64,000 bases of DNA, from assembly GCA_963674695.2 (NCBI GenBank), contig CAXXGI010000001.1:128001-192000 (forward strand), written 5' to 3'. The stretch's first letter is position 1; each line of letters opens with the position of its first letter. A program made the position numbers and the translations under genes. Below, piece after piece: positions 10,310 through 21,375 of the stretch. Source of the DNA: a bacterium. Lineage in GTDB: Bacteria > UBA10199 > 2-02-FULL-44-16 > JAAZCA01. The notes beneath the pieces were generated by a model that was not told the origin of the DNA, searched no databases, and was given only the letters and a program-made list of their open reading frames with translations.

Positions 10310-11359
10310 ATGGCACGATTGATCATCACCAAACGCGGTACGGATGAAAACTGGACGCACGACTGCATGGAAGATGTCATCTCCATCGGTCGGCTCGACC
10401 GCAATATCGTCCAACTGCGTGCGACCGGCGTCTCTCGTCAACATGCCGAGATCCGCCATGGCGATGACCTCCTCTTCTTCATCGACTTGGGCAGCGGCAA
10501 CGGCAGCTACCTCAACGGCATGCGTCTGGAGCCGCAGGAGAAGAATCTCCTGCAGCACGGCGACATCATCAGCATCGACGCCTTCGACCTGCGCCTCCAG
10601 ACGGAAACCCTTGCTGAATTAGCCACCCCGGATGAGGAAGTCACCGAAAGCGACATCCTGGAGGTGAAACTCCTCAAGAAGGTGCTCACCGCTTTCGACA
10701 AAGAGATGGTTCCCTCGCTCGAAGTGCTCAACGGTTCCGCCGAGGGCAAGCGCATCGCTCTCACCGACGGGATCACCGAAATTGTCATCGGCCGCGACCC
10801 CGACTGCGACTTCCCGATCAACGAATACGTCACCTCACGCCGACATGCCAAGGTCATCAAGCGCTGGGGCGGCATCTCCATTCGCGACCTCGAAAGCAAG
10901 AACGGCACGTTCCTCAACAACCGCCGCGTGGTGGAGGAATATCTCCACGATGGCGACCGCATCGCCCTGGGCACGATCGTGCTCATGTTCCGCAATCCGC
11001 AGGAGATCAACGTGGCCGCCCTGGAGCCCGCGCGCCCGAAGTATGCGCCGGCCCCCGTCACGCCGCAGGAGATCGAGGGGCTCGCGGGAGAAGGCGAAGC
11101 GTTCGATGAGGAAGAATATGCCGAGGATGAGGGGGAAGCGCCCAGCCTCGAAGAGGACGCGCAGGAAGAGGAAGCGAACGCCCTCGAGGAGTGGGATGAA
11201 CTCGAGAAAAGTATTTCCCGGCAGGAACCCTATCCGGAACCCAGGGCCAAGGCCTCCATCCTCGGTCGGATGACCCCGGTCGAGATCGGCATGATCGGCC
11301 TGGGCGCACTCGTCATCATCTTCGCCGTCATCACCATCGTCAACCTCCTGATGGCGTAA
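10310..11359 (+). CDS. Tandem FHA-FHA protein with acidic linker and C-terminal membrane anchor
   Basis: IGR..VSRQHA..DLGSGNGSYLNG and IGRDP..SRRHA..DLESKNGTFLNN; C-terminal hydrophobic helix. Confidence 0.88.
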   Translation: MARLIITKRGTDENWTHDCMEDVISIGRLDRNIVQLRATGVSRQHAEIRHGDDLLFFIDLGSGNGSYLNGMRLEPQEKNLLQHGDIISIDAFDLRLQTETLAELATPDEEVTESDILEVKLLKKVLTAFDKEMVPSLEVLNGSAEGKRIALTDGITEIVIGRDPDCDFPINEYVTSRRHAKVIKRWGGISIRDLESKNGTFLNNRRVVEEYLHDGDRIALGTIVLMFRNPQEINVAALEPARPKYAPAPVTPQEIEGLAGEGEAFDEEEYAEDEGEAPSLEEDAQEEEANALEEWDELEKSISRQEPYPEPRAKASILGRMTPVEIGMIGLGALVIIFAVITIVNLLMA

Positions 11360-11389
11360 GCAAAGCACACCTCAGCAGCGAAAAACACC

Positions 11390-12766
11390 TTACTCCGGGC
11401 GACCCCTCATCAATCCGAGTGAAGCGGCCACACTCCGGAGTCCTCGGGCCTTTTTCATGAGGGCATCATGAGCCCTTGTTCCCGCGAGCATTTCGGTCCG
11501 GCGCGCGTAGGATTCATAGAACTGCGGCGCCAATGCGGTCAGCCCCAAGAGCAATCGATCGAGCACAGTAACGTCTTCCTGGACGACATGAGCACGATCG
11601 CGCATCTTTGGCAGCGCATCCACCATGCCATCGACCTCGTCCCAGAAGAGCTGCAGGGCAGCACTTTCACCGTTGTTGTGTGCGGGAAACAACAGCTCAT
11701 TATCGTTCGCTGGATGAGGCACACGCATCGTTGCTTTTCGAATCTCACCGACCAGCGCCATGCGTTCGTCATAATCCCCATGGCCATAATCGACCATCAC
11801 CGGCCACCCCGCATTCTCCGGCGCCAGCTCATGCCGATGCCCGGCGGCTTTAAGAGCCCGCTGCACATATCGTTCCCCCATGTGTTCGGCGACAAATGCC
11901 GAGAGTTCGCGTTTTTCATCCGCGTGTTTCCTCTGCGCACTCGCCGCCCAGGCATTCGCACGCCGCTTGAGTATGCCATACCGTCGACCGACGGAATCGA
12001 GCATGAGCAGAATGCGCGCTTGGGTCAGCCGCGCACCGTGAACATCACCCTCATCAAACATCCGGTGCAACCTCGCCACCTCCGTTATACTGACCGTGGA
12101 CAACAACGCATCTGTCGCCGCCTCCATGGCCTGCATCAGGATGCGCTCATCGATATCTTCGTGCAGGGCCAGCTTCGCCTCAGCATCCAGAATAAGGTCA
12201 ACGGTCGGACGTAAACTCTGAGCGAGAGCCTCGTCGAACCACGCCTCCTTCCACATTTCCTGAGAAAACCCCTCATCAGCGAAAGCATAGATCCATTCGC
12301 CCATCCATGAACCGACCTGCAATCGAAACATCACATCATAGACGGGACCGAACTTCCCGATCACCCCTGGCGTCCGCCCGTTCATCAACCGACGTGAAAT
12401 GTGAGACAGGAAGGCAAGCTGCTCAGAAGGATATTGAAAATCGGTCCGCATCGTTTTCTGCATACCGGCAATCCATCGCCGACTACCGCCAATCTGCGCC
12501 TGATCCGCCATCAACGCATAGGCGCGCCGGCGGGGAAGATCGTTCACGACCTCCGGCTTACGCACCGGCTCATCCAACAGCATCGGAGTAAAGAGCGAGA
12601 CCACCCCCTGTACATCCGCATGCGGAATGTAATTGGGATCGACGGTCACATAGCTATCGAACTGCGTCTCCATCCCCTGCATCGGCGCATACGCCCATGG
12701 ATCCATGAGGGCACTCACCCCCGGACCCGCGTTCGCGAAAAGAGCGGACTGAATTGCGTAACACAT
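11390..12766 (-). CDS. Hypothetical helical protein (458 aa)
   Basis: Long ORF with GAGGAGG RBS; no recognisable family; co-oriented downstream of sctV. Confidence 0.65.
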   Translation of the reverse strand: MCYAIQSALFANAGPGVSALMDPWAYAPMQGMETQFDSYVTVDPNYIPHADVQGVVSLFTPMLLDEPVRKPEVVNDLPRRRAYALMADQAQIGGSRRWIAGMQKTMRTDFQYPSEQLAFLSHISRRLMNGRTPGVIGKFGPVYDVMFRLQVGSWMGEWIYAFADEGFSQEMWKEAWFDEALAQSLRPTVDLILDAEAKLALHEDIDERILMQAMEAATDALLSTVSITEVARLHRMFDEGDVHGARLTQARILLMLDSVGRRYGILKRRANAWAASAQRKHADEKRELSAFVAEHMGERYVQRALKAAGHRHELAPENAGWPVMVDYGHGDYDERMALVGEIRKATMRVPHPANDNELLFPAHNNGESAALQLFWDEVDGMVDALPKMRDRAHVVQEDVTVLDRLLLGLTALAPQFYESYARRTEMLAGTRAHDALMKKARGLRSVAASLGLMRGRPE

Positions 12767-12900
12767 ATTCCCTCCTCGACAGCATCATCCGCATCGGTGC
12801 GGCAAGTGTTTTTCGCATGAACGAAGAAAATGTTGCGGGCGAAAACAATGATGATGAAGAGAAAATGGTAACCACGGTTATCGAACGGCGAGGGAGGCGA

Positions 12901-15066
12901 TCACACCGCCGCCATGGCAGCATCGAGGACTTCCTGGGGGAGCCCCACGCGGGCGATCGGCTGGATGCGCAGGTTTTCGGAGAGTTCCTGATAGGAGAGC
13001 ACGGAGAGCTGCGGAAATTCCAGCTCGACGATCTTGCGGAAGTAGCGGCGAATCTCGGCGGTCGTGAGGATGACTGGCGGACGCGCGCCCGGCGGAAAGG
13101 GATGGCTGGCGATCTCCTTGCCGACCGCCTCGACGATCTCCTGGGTGACCTCCGGCTCGAGCGCGAGGTAGTTCCCCTTCTCGGTGCGGCGGATCGCGTT
13201 CTTCACCATGTCCTCGATCTCGGGATCGAGCAGATAGACCGCGAGCGTGTTCTGTGCTCCAGCATATTTATGGGTGATATAGCGCTTCATCCCCGCGCGC
13301 ACGTGCTCGGTGAGCATGAGCGTGTCGCGCTCGATCTCGCCCCACTGCGCGAGCGTTGCAAAGATGGTCTTCAGGTCCCGGATGGCGACGTCCTCCTGCA
13401 CGAGTCGCTGCATGATCTCCGAGAGCTGCATCAGCGTAATCACCTTCGGGACCAACTCTTTCACGAGCGCCGGATGGCTCTTCTCGAGCTCCGTCAACAT
13501 CGTCTGCACCTCCTGGAGCCCCAGGAACTCGTGCGAATGTTTCCGCAGGACATAGGAGAGATGCAGGATGAGATATTCGGCGACGTCCCACATGCGAAAT
13601 CCCGCCTGGGTGGCGACATCCTTGTACTCCTCGGAGATCCAGGTCACGACCGAACCGTCGATCGGATGGATCGTCTCGGTGCCATTGACATTGAAGAGCT
13701 GGAGTTGCTCGAGCGGCTCGCCGACGAGGATGTGCCCCTGCATCACCTTGCCATGCGCGACGGGCACCTCGTTGATGTTGATGACATACGCCTCCGGCTC
13801 CATGTCGACCGTCTGGCCGCGCACCTGGATGCCGGGGAAGTTGACCCCCAGCTCGTAATAGAGGCCGTGACGCAGGAGCGGAATCAGCTCGTTGATGAAG
13901 CGCCCGCCGTCCTGCGAATCGTCGACGAACGGGATGATGGCGTTTCCCACCTCCATGGAGATAGGGCTGGGCATGATGAAGGGCAGCACATCACCGTGTT
14001 TCTTCACCGCTTTCTTCACCGCCTCCTGCTTGGGCGACTCCATGATCTCCTGCACGACCTTCTGCTTCGATTTGATGAGATAGGCGGCAATCACTCCCAC
14101 CACGACCGACATGATGATAAAGGGAATTTTCGGCAGACCCGGAACCACCGCCATCAATCCTAAGATGACCGACGCGATGATGAGTGCCTTCGGATAGGCG
14201 GTCATCTGCGTCACCATGTCGCGACCGAGATTGGACCCCTCGGTCTCGGAACGAACACGCGTAACCACGATACCGGCGGAGACCGAGATGATGAGCGCCG
14301 GGATCTGCTGTACGAGACCATCACCGATGGTCAGCAAGGAGTAGGTGCGAATCGCCTCCCCAAATTCAAGCCCGCGCATCGCCACGCCGATAATGAAACC
14401 ACCGAGGATGTTGATGATCGTCACGATCATGCCCGCGATCGCGTCGCCCTTCACGAACTTCATCGCACCGTCCATGGCGCCGTAGAGCTGGCTCTCGCGA
14501 TGCAGCACCGAACGACGATCGATGGCCTGTTCCATGTTGATGATGCCGGCGCGCAAATCGGCGTCAATCGACATCTGTTTTCCCGGCATGGCATCCAGGG
14601 TAAACCGCGCCGCCACCTCGGAAACGCGCTCGGCGCCCTTGGCGATCACGATGAAGTTGACCAGCGTGATGATAATGAAGAGCACGCCACCGACGACGTA
14701 GTTTCCCTGCACAACGAAGGAACCGAAGGCGCGCACCACCTCGCCCGCGTCCGCGCGCGAGAGAATGAGCCTGGTCGTCGAGATGTTGAGCGAAAGGCGA
14801 TAGAGCGTGGCCACGAGCAGGATCGTCGGAAAAGAGGCGATCTTGAGGGCATCGCTGATGTAGAGAGAAACGAGAAGGATGACGACGGCGAGCGTGATCT
14901 GGATCGTGAGCAGGATGTCGACGAGAAACGTCGGCAGCGGAATCACGATCATCGCAATGACCGCCACCACGAGTGCGGCGAGCACCACGTCGCTGTAGCG
15001 GGTGATCAAGCCATTGAGATTGCCGAGTTGCAACCCACCGCTACCGGGGGCCGGCTGTGTAGCCAT
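12901..15066 (-). CDS. sctV: Type III secretion export gate protein SctV (FHIPEP/LcrD family)
   Basis: FPTILLVATLYRLSLNISTTRLIL, AERVSEVAARFTLDAMPGKQMSIDADLRAG, ESQLYGAMDGAMKFVKGDAIAG, LTIGDGLV, VLSYQEL; these residues match the injectisome type better than FlhA. Confidence 0.85.
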   Translation of the reverse strand: MATQPAPGSGGLQLGNLNGLITRYSDVVLAALVVAVIAMIVIPLPTFLVDILLTIQITLAVVILLVSLYISDALKIASFPTILLVATLYRLSLNISTTRLILSRADAGEVVRAFGSFVVQGNYVVGGVLFIIITLVNFIVIAKGAERVSEVAARFTLDAMPGKQMSIDADLRAGIINMEQAIDRRSVLHRESQLYGAMDGAMKFVKGDAIAGMIVTIINILGGFIIGVAMRGLEFGEAIRTYSLLTIGDGLVQQIPALIISVSAGIVVTRVRSETEGSNLGRDMVTQMTAYPKALIIASVILGLMAVVPGLPKIPFIIMSVVVGVIAAYLIKSKQKVVQEIMESPKQEAVKKAVKKHGDVLPFIMPSPISMEVGNAIIPFVDDSQDGGRFINELIPLLRHGLYYELGVNFPGIQVRGQTVDMEPEAYVININEVPVAHGKVMQGHILVGEPLEQLQLFNVNGTETIHPIDGSVVTWISEEYKDVATQAGFRMWDVAEYLILHLSYVLRKHSHEFLGLQEVQTMLTELEKSHPALVKELVPKVITLMQLSEIMQRLVQEDVAIRDLKTIFATLAQWGEIERDTLMLTEHVRAGMKRYITHKYAGAQNTLAVYLLDPEIEDMVKNAIRRTEKGNYLALEPEVTQEIVEAVGKEIASHPFPPGARPPVILTTAEIRRYFRKIVELEFPQLSVLSYQELSENLRIQPIARVGLPQEVLDAAMAAV

Positions 15067-15148
15067 AGACGTACTCCTCCGACGAAAAGCCCGCCCACTC
15101 TACCATATAACTCAAGGGAATCAAAGGGGATATCCGCGCATCGCGAGC

Positions 15149-17830
15149 CTACATCCCGCAGCACTTCTTGTATTTCTTGCCGGAGCCACAGGGACAGGGA
15201 TCATTTCGGCCCACCTTTGGCATGTCGCGCTTGACCGTCTCCTGGCGATGACCGGAATCGCCACGCGTCTCGGCGGGTGCGGACTTCTCGAACGCGTTGA
15301 TCTCGTCGTGCCCCATGCGCACTGCTTTCGGTTGCGAACGAGTTGCCTCGGCAGCGCGCTTCACACTGTCTTCGGTGGTGATCTGGACGCGGAAGACCTT
15401 CTCCACGACATCGCTGGTGAACCGGTTCATCATCTCGCCGAAGAGCATGAACCCCTCTTTTTTGTACTCGAGGAGCGGGTCGCGCTGGCCATAGCCCCGC
15501 AGACCGATGCCCTCTTTGAGGTGATCCATCGAGAGGAGGTGATCCTTCCAGAGGGAATCGAGCGTCTGCAACAGGAGGATCTTCTCGATCCGTCGCATGA
15601 TCTCCGGCCCGTTTACCTCTTCGCGCTCGGCATACTTGATGTCGACCAGATCGTAGAGGTGCTTGCCCAGCTCCTCCTGCGTGCGATGGTGCTGCGAAAT
15701 CTCCGTAATGTCGAAGGCGATGTTGAACGCGCCGAGGAGCCCTTCCTCCAGCGGCTTCGGGTCGAATTTTTCGTCGATACGCTCCGGAACGCAGCTGTCG
15801 ATGATCTCGGTGAGCTTCTGGTCGATCATGTCCATGACCATGTCCTTGTTGCTGGCATTGGTCAGGAGATCGCGGCGACGGCCGTAGACCGTCGTGCGCT
15901 GCTGGTTCATGACGTCATCGAATTCGAGCAGGTTCTTACGGATCTGAAAGTTGTGCCCCTCGACCTTGCGCTGCGCGTTGGCGATGGCGCGCGAGAGCCA
16001 CGGGTGTTGGATCTCCTCGTCCTCCTCCATGCCCATGCGCTCCATGAGCGATGAGATGCGCTCGCCACCGAAGACGCGCAACAGATCGTCCTCCAGCGAG
16101 AGATAGAAGCGGGTGCTGCCCGGATCGCCCTGACGACCGGCACGCCCGCGCAGCTGGTTATCGATGCGGCGGCTCTCGTGTCGCTCAGTGCCGAGGATGC
16201 GAAGTCCACCGGCTTCGAGGACCTCCTTCTTCTCCGCGGCACAGACCTCCTTATAGGTCGCCAGCAACCGCTGATATTCCGGTGATTCCTCATCCGCATC
16301 GGCCAAATCCGCTCGCGTGAGGAACTCGGGGTTTCCGCCCAACATGATGTCGGTGCCGCGTCCGGCCATGTTCGTGGAGATCGTGACCGCCCCTTTTCGC
16401 CCCGCCTGCGAGACGATCTCGGCCTCGCGAACGTGATGTTTGGCGTTGAGCACATGATGCGGCACGCCGAAACGCCCCAACATCTTCGAGAGCAGTTCCG
16501 AGCGTTCGATCGAGATCGTACCGACGAGCGCCGGCTGTCCCTTCTCGTGCAGCTCGCGGATTTCCTCGATGACGGCATTGTTCTTGGCCGCTTCGGTCTT
16601 GTAGATCATGTCCGGCTCGTCCTCGCGGACCATGGGCATATGCGTCGGAATGACCATCACCTCGAGGTTGTAGATCTTGGCAAACTCCTCCGCCTCGGTG
16701 TCGGCCGTACCCGTCATGCCGGAGAGTTTCTCATACATGCGAAAAAAGTTCTGAAAGGTGATCGTCGCCAACGTCTGATTTTCGTTCTCGATGCGGACAT
16801 TTTCCTTCGCCTCGACCGCCTGATGCAGGCCGTCGGACCAACGCCGCCCCGGCATGAGGCGCCCGGTGAATTCGTCGACGATGACCACCTCGCCGTCGTT
16901 GACGACATAGTCGACATCCCGCGTGAAGAGCGCGTGCGCACGCAGCGCCTGGTTGACGTGATGTAAAATATTGATGTTGGCGGGATCATAGAGGTTGGTA
17001 ATGCGCAGGCGATTTTCCACCTCGGCCACACCCTCATCGGTGAGAACGACCGACTTGGACTTCTCATCGAGCGTATAGTGGTTGTCCTTCTTGAGATACG
17101 GAACGATGCCGTTGATGACGTAATAGAGTTCGGTCGACTGCTCGGCCTGACCGGAGATGATGAGCGGCGTGCGCGCCTCATCGATGAGCGCTGAATCGAC
17201 CTCGTCGACAATACAGTAGTGCAGCGGACGCTGCACGAACTGGCTCGCATCGAACTTCATGTTGTCGCGCAGATAGTCGAATCCGAACTCGTTGTTCGTG
17301 CCATAGGTCACATCCGCGCCATAGGCCGCCATCCGCTCCTCGTCGGAAAGCCCGTGAACGATCACGCCGACATCGAGCCCCAGAAAACGATAGACCTTTC
17401 CCATCCAGGCCGAATCGCGCCGAGCCAAATAGTCGTTGACCGTCACGACGTGCACGCCCTTGCCGGTGAGCGCGTTGAGGTAGACCGCAAGCGTGGCCAC
17501 GAGCGTCTTGCCCTCACCCGTCTTCATCTCGGCAATCTTTCCCTCGTGCAAAACGATACCGCCGATGAGCTGCACATCGAAGTGGCGCATGCCCAAAACG
17601 CGACGCGACGCTTCGCGCACGACCGCAAAAACCTCGGGAAGGAGATCGTCGATCGTCTCCCCTTTTTTTAACCGTTCGCGAAAGATTCCCGTCTTGGCCT
17701 TGAGCCCTTCGTCATCGAGTTGTTCCATCTCGGGTTCGAACGCGTTGATCTGCTCGACCATCGGAGCCATGCGCTTGAGTTCGCGCTCGTTGTGCGTCCC
17801 GAAGAGTTTTTTCATAATCATCGAAATCAT
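15149..17830 (-). CDS. secA: Preprotein translocase subunit SecA
   Basis: [40 protein letters not shown]-terminal [19 protein letters not shown]. Confidence 0.98.
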   Translation of the reverse strand: MISMIMKKLFGTHNERELKRMAPMVEQINAFEPEMEQLDDEGLKAKTGIFRERLKKGETIDDLLPEVFAVVREASRRVLGMRHFDVQLIGGIVLHEGKIAEMKTGEGKTLVATLAVYLNALTGKGVHVVTVNDYLARRDSAWMGKVYRFLGLDVGVIVHGLSDEERMAAYGADVTYGTNNEFGFDYLRDNMKFDASQFVQRPLHYCIVDEVDSALIDEARTPLIISGQAEQSTELYYVINGIVPYLKKDNHYTLDEKSKSVVLTDEGVAEVENRLRITNLYDPANINILHHVNQALRAHALFTRDVDYVVNDGEVVIVDEFTGRLMPGRRWSDGLHQAVEAKENVRIENENQTLATITFQNFFRMYEKLSGMTGTADTEAEEFAKIYNLEVMVIPTHMPMVREDEPDMIYKTEAAKNNAVIEEIRELHEKGQPALVGTISIERSELLSKMLGRFGVPHHVLNAKHHVREAEIVSQAGRKGAVTISTNMAGRGTDIMLGGNPEFLTRADLADADEESPEYQRLLATYKEVCAAEKKEVLEAGGLRILGTERHESRRIDNQLRGRAGRQGDPGSTRFYLSLEDDLLRVFGGERISSLMERMGMEEDEEIQHPWLSRAIANAQRKVEGHNFQIRKNLLEFDDVMNQQRTTVYGRRRDLLTNASNKDMVMDMIDQKLTEIIDSCVPERIDEKFDPKPLEEGLLGAFNIAFDITEISQHHRTQEELGKHLYDLVDIKYAEREEVNGPEIMRRIEKILLLQTLDSLWKDHLLSMDHLKEGIGLRGYGQRDPLLEYKKEGFMLFGEMMNRFTSDVVEKVFRVQITTEDSVKRAAEATRSQPKAVRMGHDEINAFEKSAPAETRGDSGHRQETVKRDMPKVGRNDPCPCGSGKKYKKCCGM

Positions 17831-17912
17831 GGAACCACCATCCTTGCTGACAAAAAACCCGATCGCTTCCAACCGCGACCGGGCTTGTGTTTCATGCCTG
17901 CGGCTTCCTCCG

Positions 17913-18899
17913 TCAGAGGCTGCCGGCCAGATAGAGCCGCGGATCGACGGGAACGCCGTCCATGCGCACTTCATAGTGCAAATGCGGCCCCGTGCTGCGA
18001 CCCGTATTGCCAACCGCGGCAATGATCATCCCGCGCTTCACGTGCTGCCCCTCGGCGACGAAGAGCGAAGAGCAGTGACCATAGACCGTGGTGAGACCGT
18101 AACCGTGATCGACCATCGCCGTGCGACCGTAGCCACGCTTGTATCCGGTATAGGTTACCACGCCATCTCCCGGCGCCATGATGGGGGTCCCGGTCGGTGC
18201 GGCGACATCGATCCCGGCATGCCGGCGACTGCCACGACCACCCCAATGGCGACGCGCGCCAAATTCGGAGGTCACCCAGCCCTGCGTCGGCCACGCGGTG
18301 GGCAACGACGCCCAGAAGAAGATGCGATCCTGTTCACGCGCAAAGACCGCATGGATACGTTCTTCCACGCGGTCGCTCTTCTGCGAAAGTTTTTCGAGCG
18401 AAAGATTGAGCCCTGCGGTAAACGATTTCGAAAAAGGAGAGGTCCACGTTCCCTCACCCCGACTCAACATCGCCACGGAAGGAACCGATTGCTGCGGAAG
18501 CGGAAGCCAATTTTCCTCGTCGACCGGCCCGACACCGACGCCCTTTTCCCCATCGACATTGACGGTCGCCTCGATCTTAGCAGCAAAGCGCTGCGTGCGA
18601 GCCACCTGCGACTGGAGCTCCGCCAACCGACCCAGGAGTGCCGCGCGTTCGCGCATATATTTTGCAGCCTCGACCCGTACCTGCTCGGTCGATCGATAGG
18701 CGCTCCGATAAGAAAAAAGTGCGACGACGCTCGCCGCGATGAGGAAGGCGGTCACGCCAAGCACGCTGACGATTCCCACCATCGCTTTTCGAGAGACATC
18801 ACACCGGCGAACGTTCGAACGGTTCCGCGGAATGACCAGGATGCTAAACCGCTCAGCCGGCTTTCTTTTCGGGTCGGTTCGTACCAAGGGACCTCTCAC
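17913..18899 (-). CDS. M23 family metallopeptidase
   Basis: [25 protein letters not shown]; N-terminal TM and coiled coil. Confidence 0.92.
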   Translation of the reverse strand: MRGPLVRTDPKRKPAERFSILVIPRNRSNVRRCDVSRKAMVGIVSVLGVTAFLIAASVVALFSYRSAYRSTEQVRVEAAKYMRERAALLGRLAELQSQVARTQRFAAKIEATVNVDGEKGVGVGPVDEENWLPLPQQSVPSVAMLSRGEGTWTSPFSKSFTAGLNLSLEKLSQKSDRVEERIHAVFAREQDRIFFWASLPTAWPTQGWVTSEFGARRHWGGRGSRRHAGIDVAAPTGTPIMAPGDGVVTYTGYKRGYGRTAMVDHGYGLTTVYGHCSSLFVAEGQHVKRGMIIAAVGNTGRSTGPHLHYEVRMDGVPVDPRLYLAGSL

Positions 18900-19058
18900 G
18901 CTGAAATGAATTTCGAAAGAAAATCAAAACGTTGAGACTGTTATACGATTCGTAACACAGCGTTTGAGGGCTGTCAACACTGCGAAAACGATACAACGCA
19001 TTGATATTATTGGGATTTCATTGGCAACCCCGAGAGGAGCCAAAAGGAGCCTAATTTC

Positions 19059-19883
19059 CTACAGTTCCATCGTCGTGTCATCGCCACCGGGGAGGTCGGC
19101 ATCGTCGGTCACTTCCCCCTCGGCGATCGCGTCGATGCGGATGAGCACGACCGTGATATTGTCATCGCCCCCGCGCTCGTTGGCCAGGTCGATGAGCCGA
19201 CGGCACGCGGCCTCCGGTTCGTTCACCAGGATCACATCGCGCATCTCGGCATCGGTGATCATGTTGGAGAGGCCATCGGAACAGAGCAGAAACTGATCGT
19301 CGACTCCCAACGCGCGAATCTCGATGTCGGCCTCGACATCCTCCTGAAACCCAACCGAACGGGTGATGATATTCTTCAGGCGATGCGTGCGCGCGTCCTC
19401 CTCGGTCAGGAGCCCTGCACGAATCTGCTCACCGACGAGCGAATGATCGCGCGTAATCTGAGCGATCTCACCTCCGCGCACGCGATAGACGCGGGAGTCG
19501 CCGACGTTGGCGACATAAGCCTTGCCGTCGCGAATGAGCATGCCCACCGCCGTCGTGCCCATGCCGCGCAGGCTGGGATCGTCCTGAGCCGTATCGTGAA
19601 TGCGTTTGCTGGCCAACCGAACCGCATAGCGGAAATACCCCGAGAAATCTCCGGGTTTGATATGGTTTCCTTCCTGCAGGGTGGTTTCGGGATCCTCTTC
19701 GAGCAGCTCGATCATTTCGCCGATCGTCTGAACCGCGATGCGACTGGCAAAATCGCCACCGAGATGGCCGCCCATGCCGTCTGCCACGAGAAAGAGCCCC
19801 AGCTCCTCATTGACGAGAAAGCTGTCCTCGTTCTTTTCGCGCCGTTTGCCAACATCGGTCATTCCACACGATCTGATCTGCAT
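19059..19883 (-). CDS. PP2C-type Ser/Thr phosphatase (Stp1/PrpC-like)
   Basis: [42 protein letters not shown]. Confidence 0.95.
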   Translation of the reverse strand: MQIRSCGMTDVGKRREKNEDSFLVNEELGLFLVADGMGGHLGGDFASRIAVQTIGEMIELLEEDPETTLQEGNHIKPGDFSGYFRYAVRLASKRIHDTAQDDPSLRGMGTTAVGMLIRDGKAYVANVGDSRVYRVRGGEIAQITRDHSLVGEQIRAGLLTEEDARTHRLKNIITRSVGFQEDVEADIEIRALGVDDQFLLCSDGLSNMITDAEMRDVILVNEPEAACRRLIDLANERGGDDNITVVLIRIDAIAEGEVTDDADLPGGDDTTMEL

Positions 19884-20002
19884 TCAAACTCCAGGAAGAA
19901 AATAGCCTCTCCCGCCCAACCCATCGGGATGACGGTTTTCGACGGAATTAAAATAATAGAATGAAATCATACATCTGAAAAGGGAAATCTGGGGACTCCC
20001 CT

Positions 20003-21340
20003 TCACGCCCCCAGCGTCAACCCCTCGACGAGAAGGCTGGGCGATCCGTAGACCCCCATGAAACGCGTATCATCGGCCACCGCCCTGATGCGACTGAAGA
20101 GGTCGTGAATATTTCCCGCGATGGTCATGCCGCGCATCGGCGCCCCGCGCTGGCCCCCCTCGATGAGTGCCCCCTCCACGCCGAAAGAAAAATCGCCGGT
20201 GATCACGTTGGCGGTGTGCGCCCCGAGTAATTCGGTCACCCAGACGCCCCGCTCGACATCGGCGATGAGGGCATCGACCCCCTTCGGGCCGGGGGCGAGG
20301 AAACAGTTACCGACATCGATCACGGGCAGGGCCGAAAGCGTCTCGCGCACACAGTTGCCGGTGGAAGCAACCCCGTCGCGTGCGGCGCGCGCACCATCGT
20401 AGAGCCAATGTTCGACGGTGCCGTCCGCAATCATCGTCGTGCGACGCTTGGGAATCCCTTCCGCATCGAAGGGAAACGTGCCGAAACCGTCGGGCAGAAG
20501 GCCATCGTCGATCAGCGTGACCGCAGGGCTATAGACGCGTTCGCCGAGACGACCGGCGATCACCGATTTCCCGCGTTGAACGTTCGTGGCAAAAAAGGAA
20601 GGAGCGATGAGTCGCACGAGCGTGGCCGCCGCACGCGCGTCGAAGAGGACGGGCAGGTTTCCGCCATCGAAAGACTGCGCCCCGAGCTTTTCGACGGCAC
20701 GCTGTGCCGCCCGCTTCCCGATCGCATCCATATCGAGCGCTTCGAACCGCGTTGAGAAGTCAAAGTCATAGGCGCTCTCAGAGAGATCGTCCTGAGAGAC
20801 CACCACGCGCAGATCGCCGGAGACCATGCCGCGTTCCGCCTGAGCCTCGGCACCGTGGGAGTTGCTCACCACCATACGCCGCACGAACTCCTCATAGCGC
20901 GGCCGACGCACGCACCGCACACGAGGGTCAGCCGAAACGGCCGCGGCCTCGAGCGCGACCGCCAGCCCCATCTTCTCTTCATCGGAAATGGAATCATAGG
21001 AACGCCCGGGCGCTTCCTCGATCGCGCCGCACGAAGACTGCACCGGCGGAATGATGGCCTCCTCGGAAACGGCCACCTCCTGCATCGCCAGCGCCGCCTG
21101 TTCCACCGCGCGCCCCACCGATGCCATCGAGATGTCGGTCGTCGCCGCCCACCCCATGCGACCCTTGCGCACCAAGCGAATGGCGATACCGCGCATCTCG
21201 TTTCGGCGAAAACTGTCGACGGCCGACTGCTTCGCTTCGATCACGAGGCTACGTTCATTGAGCCCCAACACTTCATAGGCATCGACGCGCTGTTTTTTGC
21301 ATTTCTTCACCGCATTTTCGACGGCGTTTGCCAGTTCCAT
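20003..21340 (-). CDS. pmbA: TldD/PmbA family protein (PmbA-like)
   Basis: PFDAEG, STGN, TGDFSFGVEG, TIAGN, SPSLLVEGLT. Confidence 0.8.
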   Translation of the reverse strand: MELANAVENAVKKCKKQRVDAYEVLGLNERSLVIEAKQSAVDSFRRNEMRGIAIRLVRKGRMGWAATTDISMASVGRAVEQAALAMQEVAVSEEAIIPPVQSSCGAIEEAPGRSYDSISDEEKMGLAVALEAAAVSADPRVRCVRRPRYEEFVRRMVVSNSHGAEAQAERGMVSGDLRVVVSQDDLSESAYDFDFSTRFEALDMDAIGKRAAQRAVEKLGAQSFDGGNLPVLFDARAAATLVRLIAPSFFATNVQRGKSVIAGRLGERVYSPAVTLIDDGLLPDGFGTFPFDAEGIPKRRTTMIADGTVEHWLYDGARAARDGVASTGNCVRETLSALPVIDVGNCFLAPGPKGVDALIADVERGVWVTELLGAHTANVITGDFSFGVEGALIEGGQRGAPMRGMTIAGNIHDLFSRIRAVADDTRFMGVYGSPSLLVEGLTLGA

Positions 21341-21375
21341 GATCGATATCCTCTTTAGCGTATAGCGTTCAGCGT

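Noticed and set aside
12790-12820. Fourth sigma28-like site before the 12766 orphan
   Set aside because: Only CCGATG matches, and there is no CAAC element at the right spacing
12901-15066. Flagellar flhA call
   Set aside because: SIDADLRAG and ESQLYGAMDGAMKFVKGD fit injectisome SctV better, and no flagellar genes are adjacent; phylogeny is still needed
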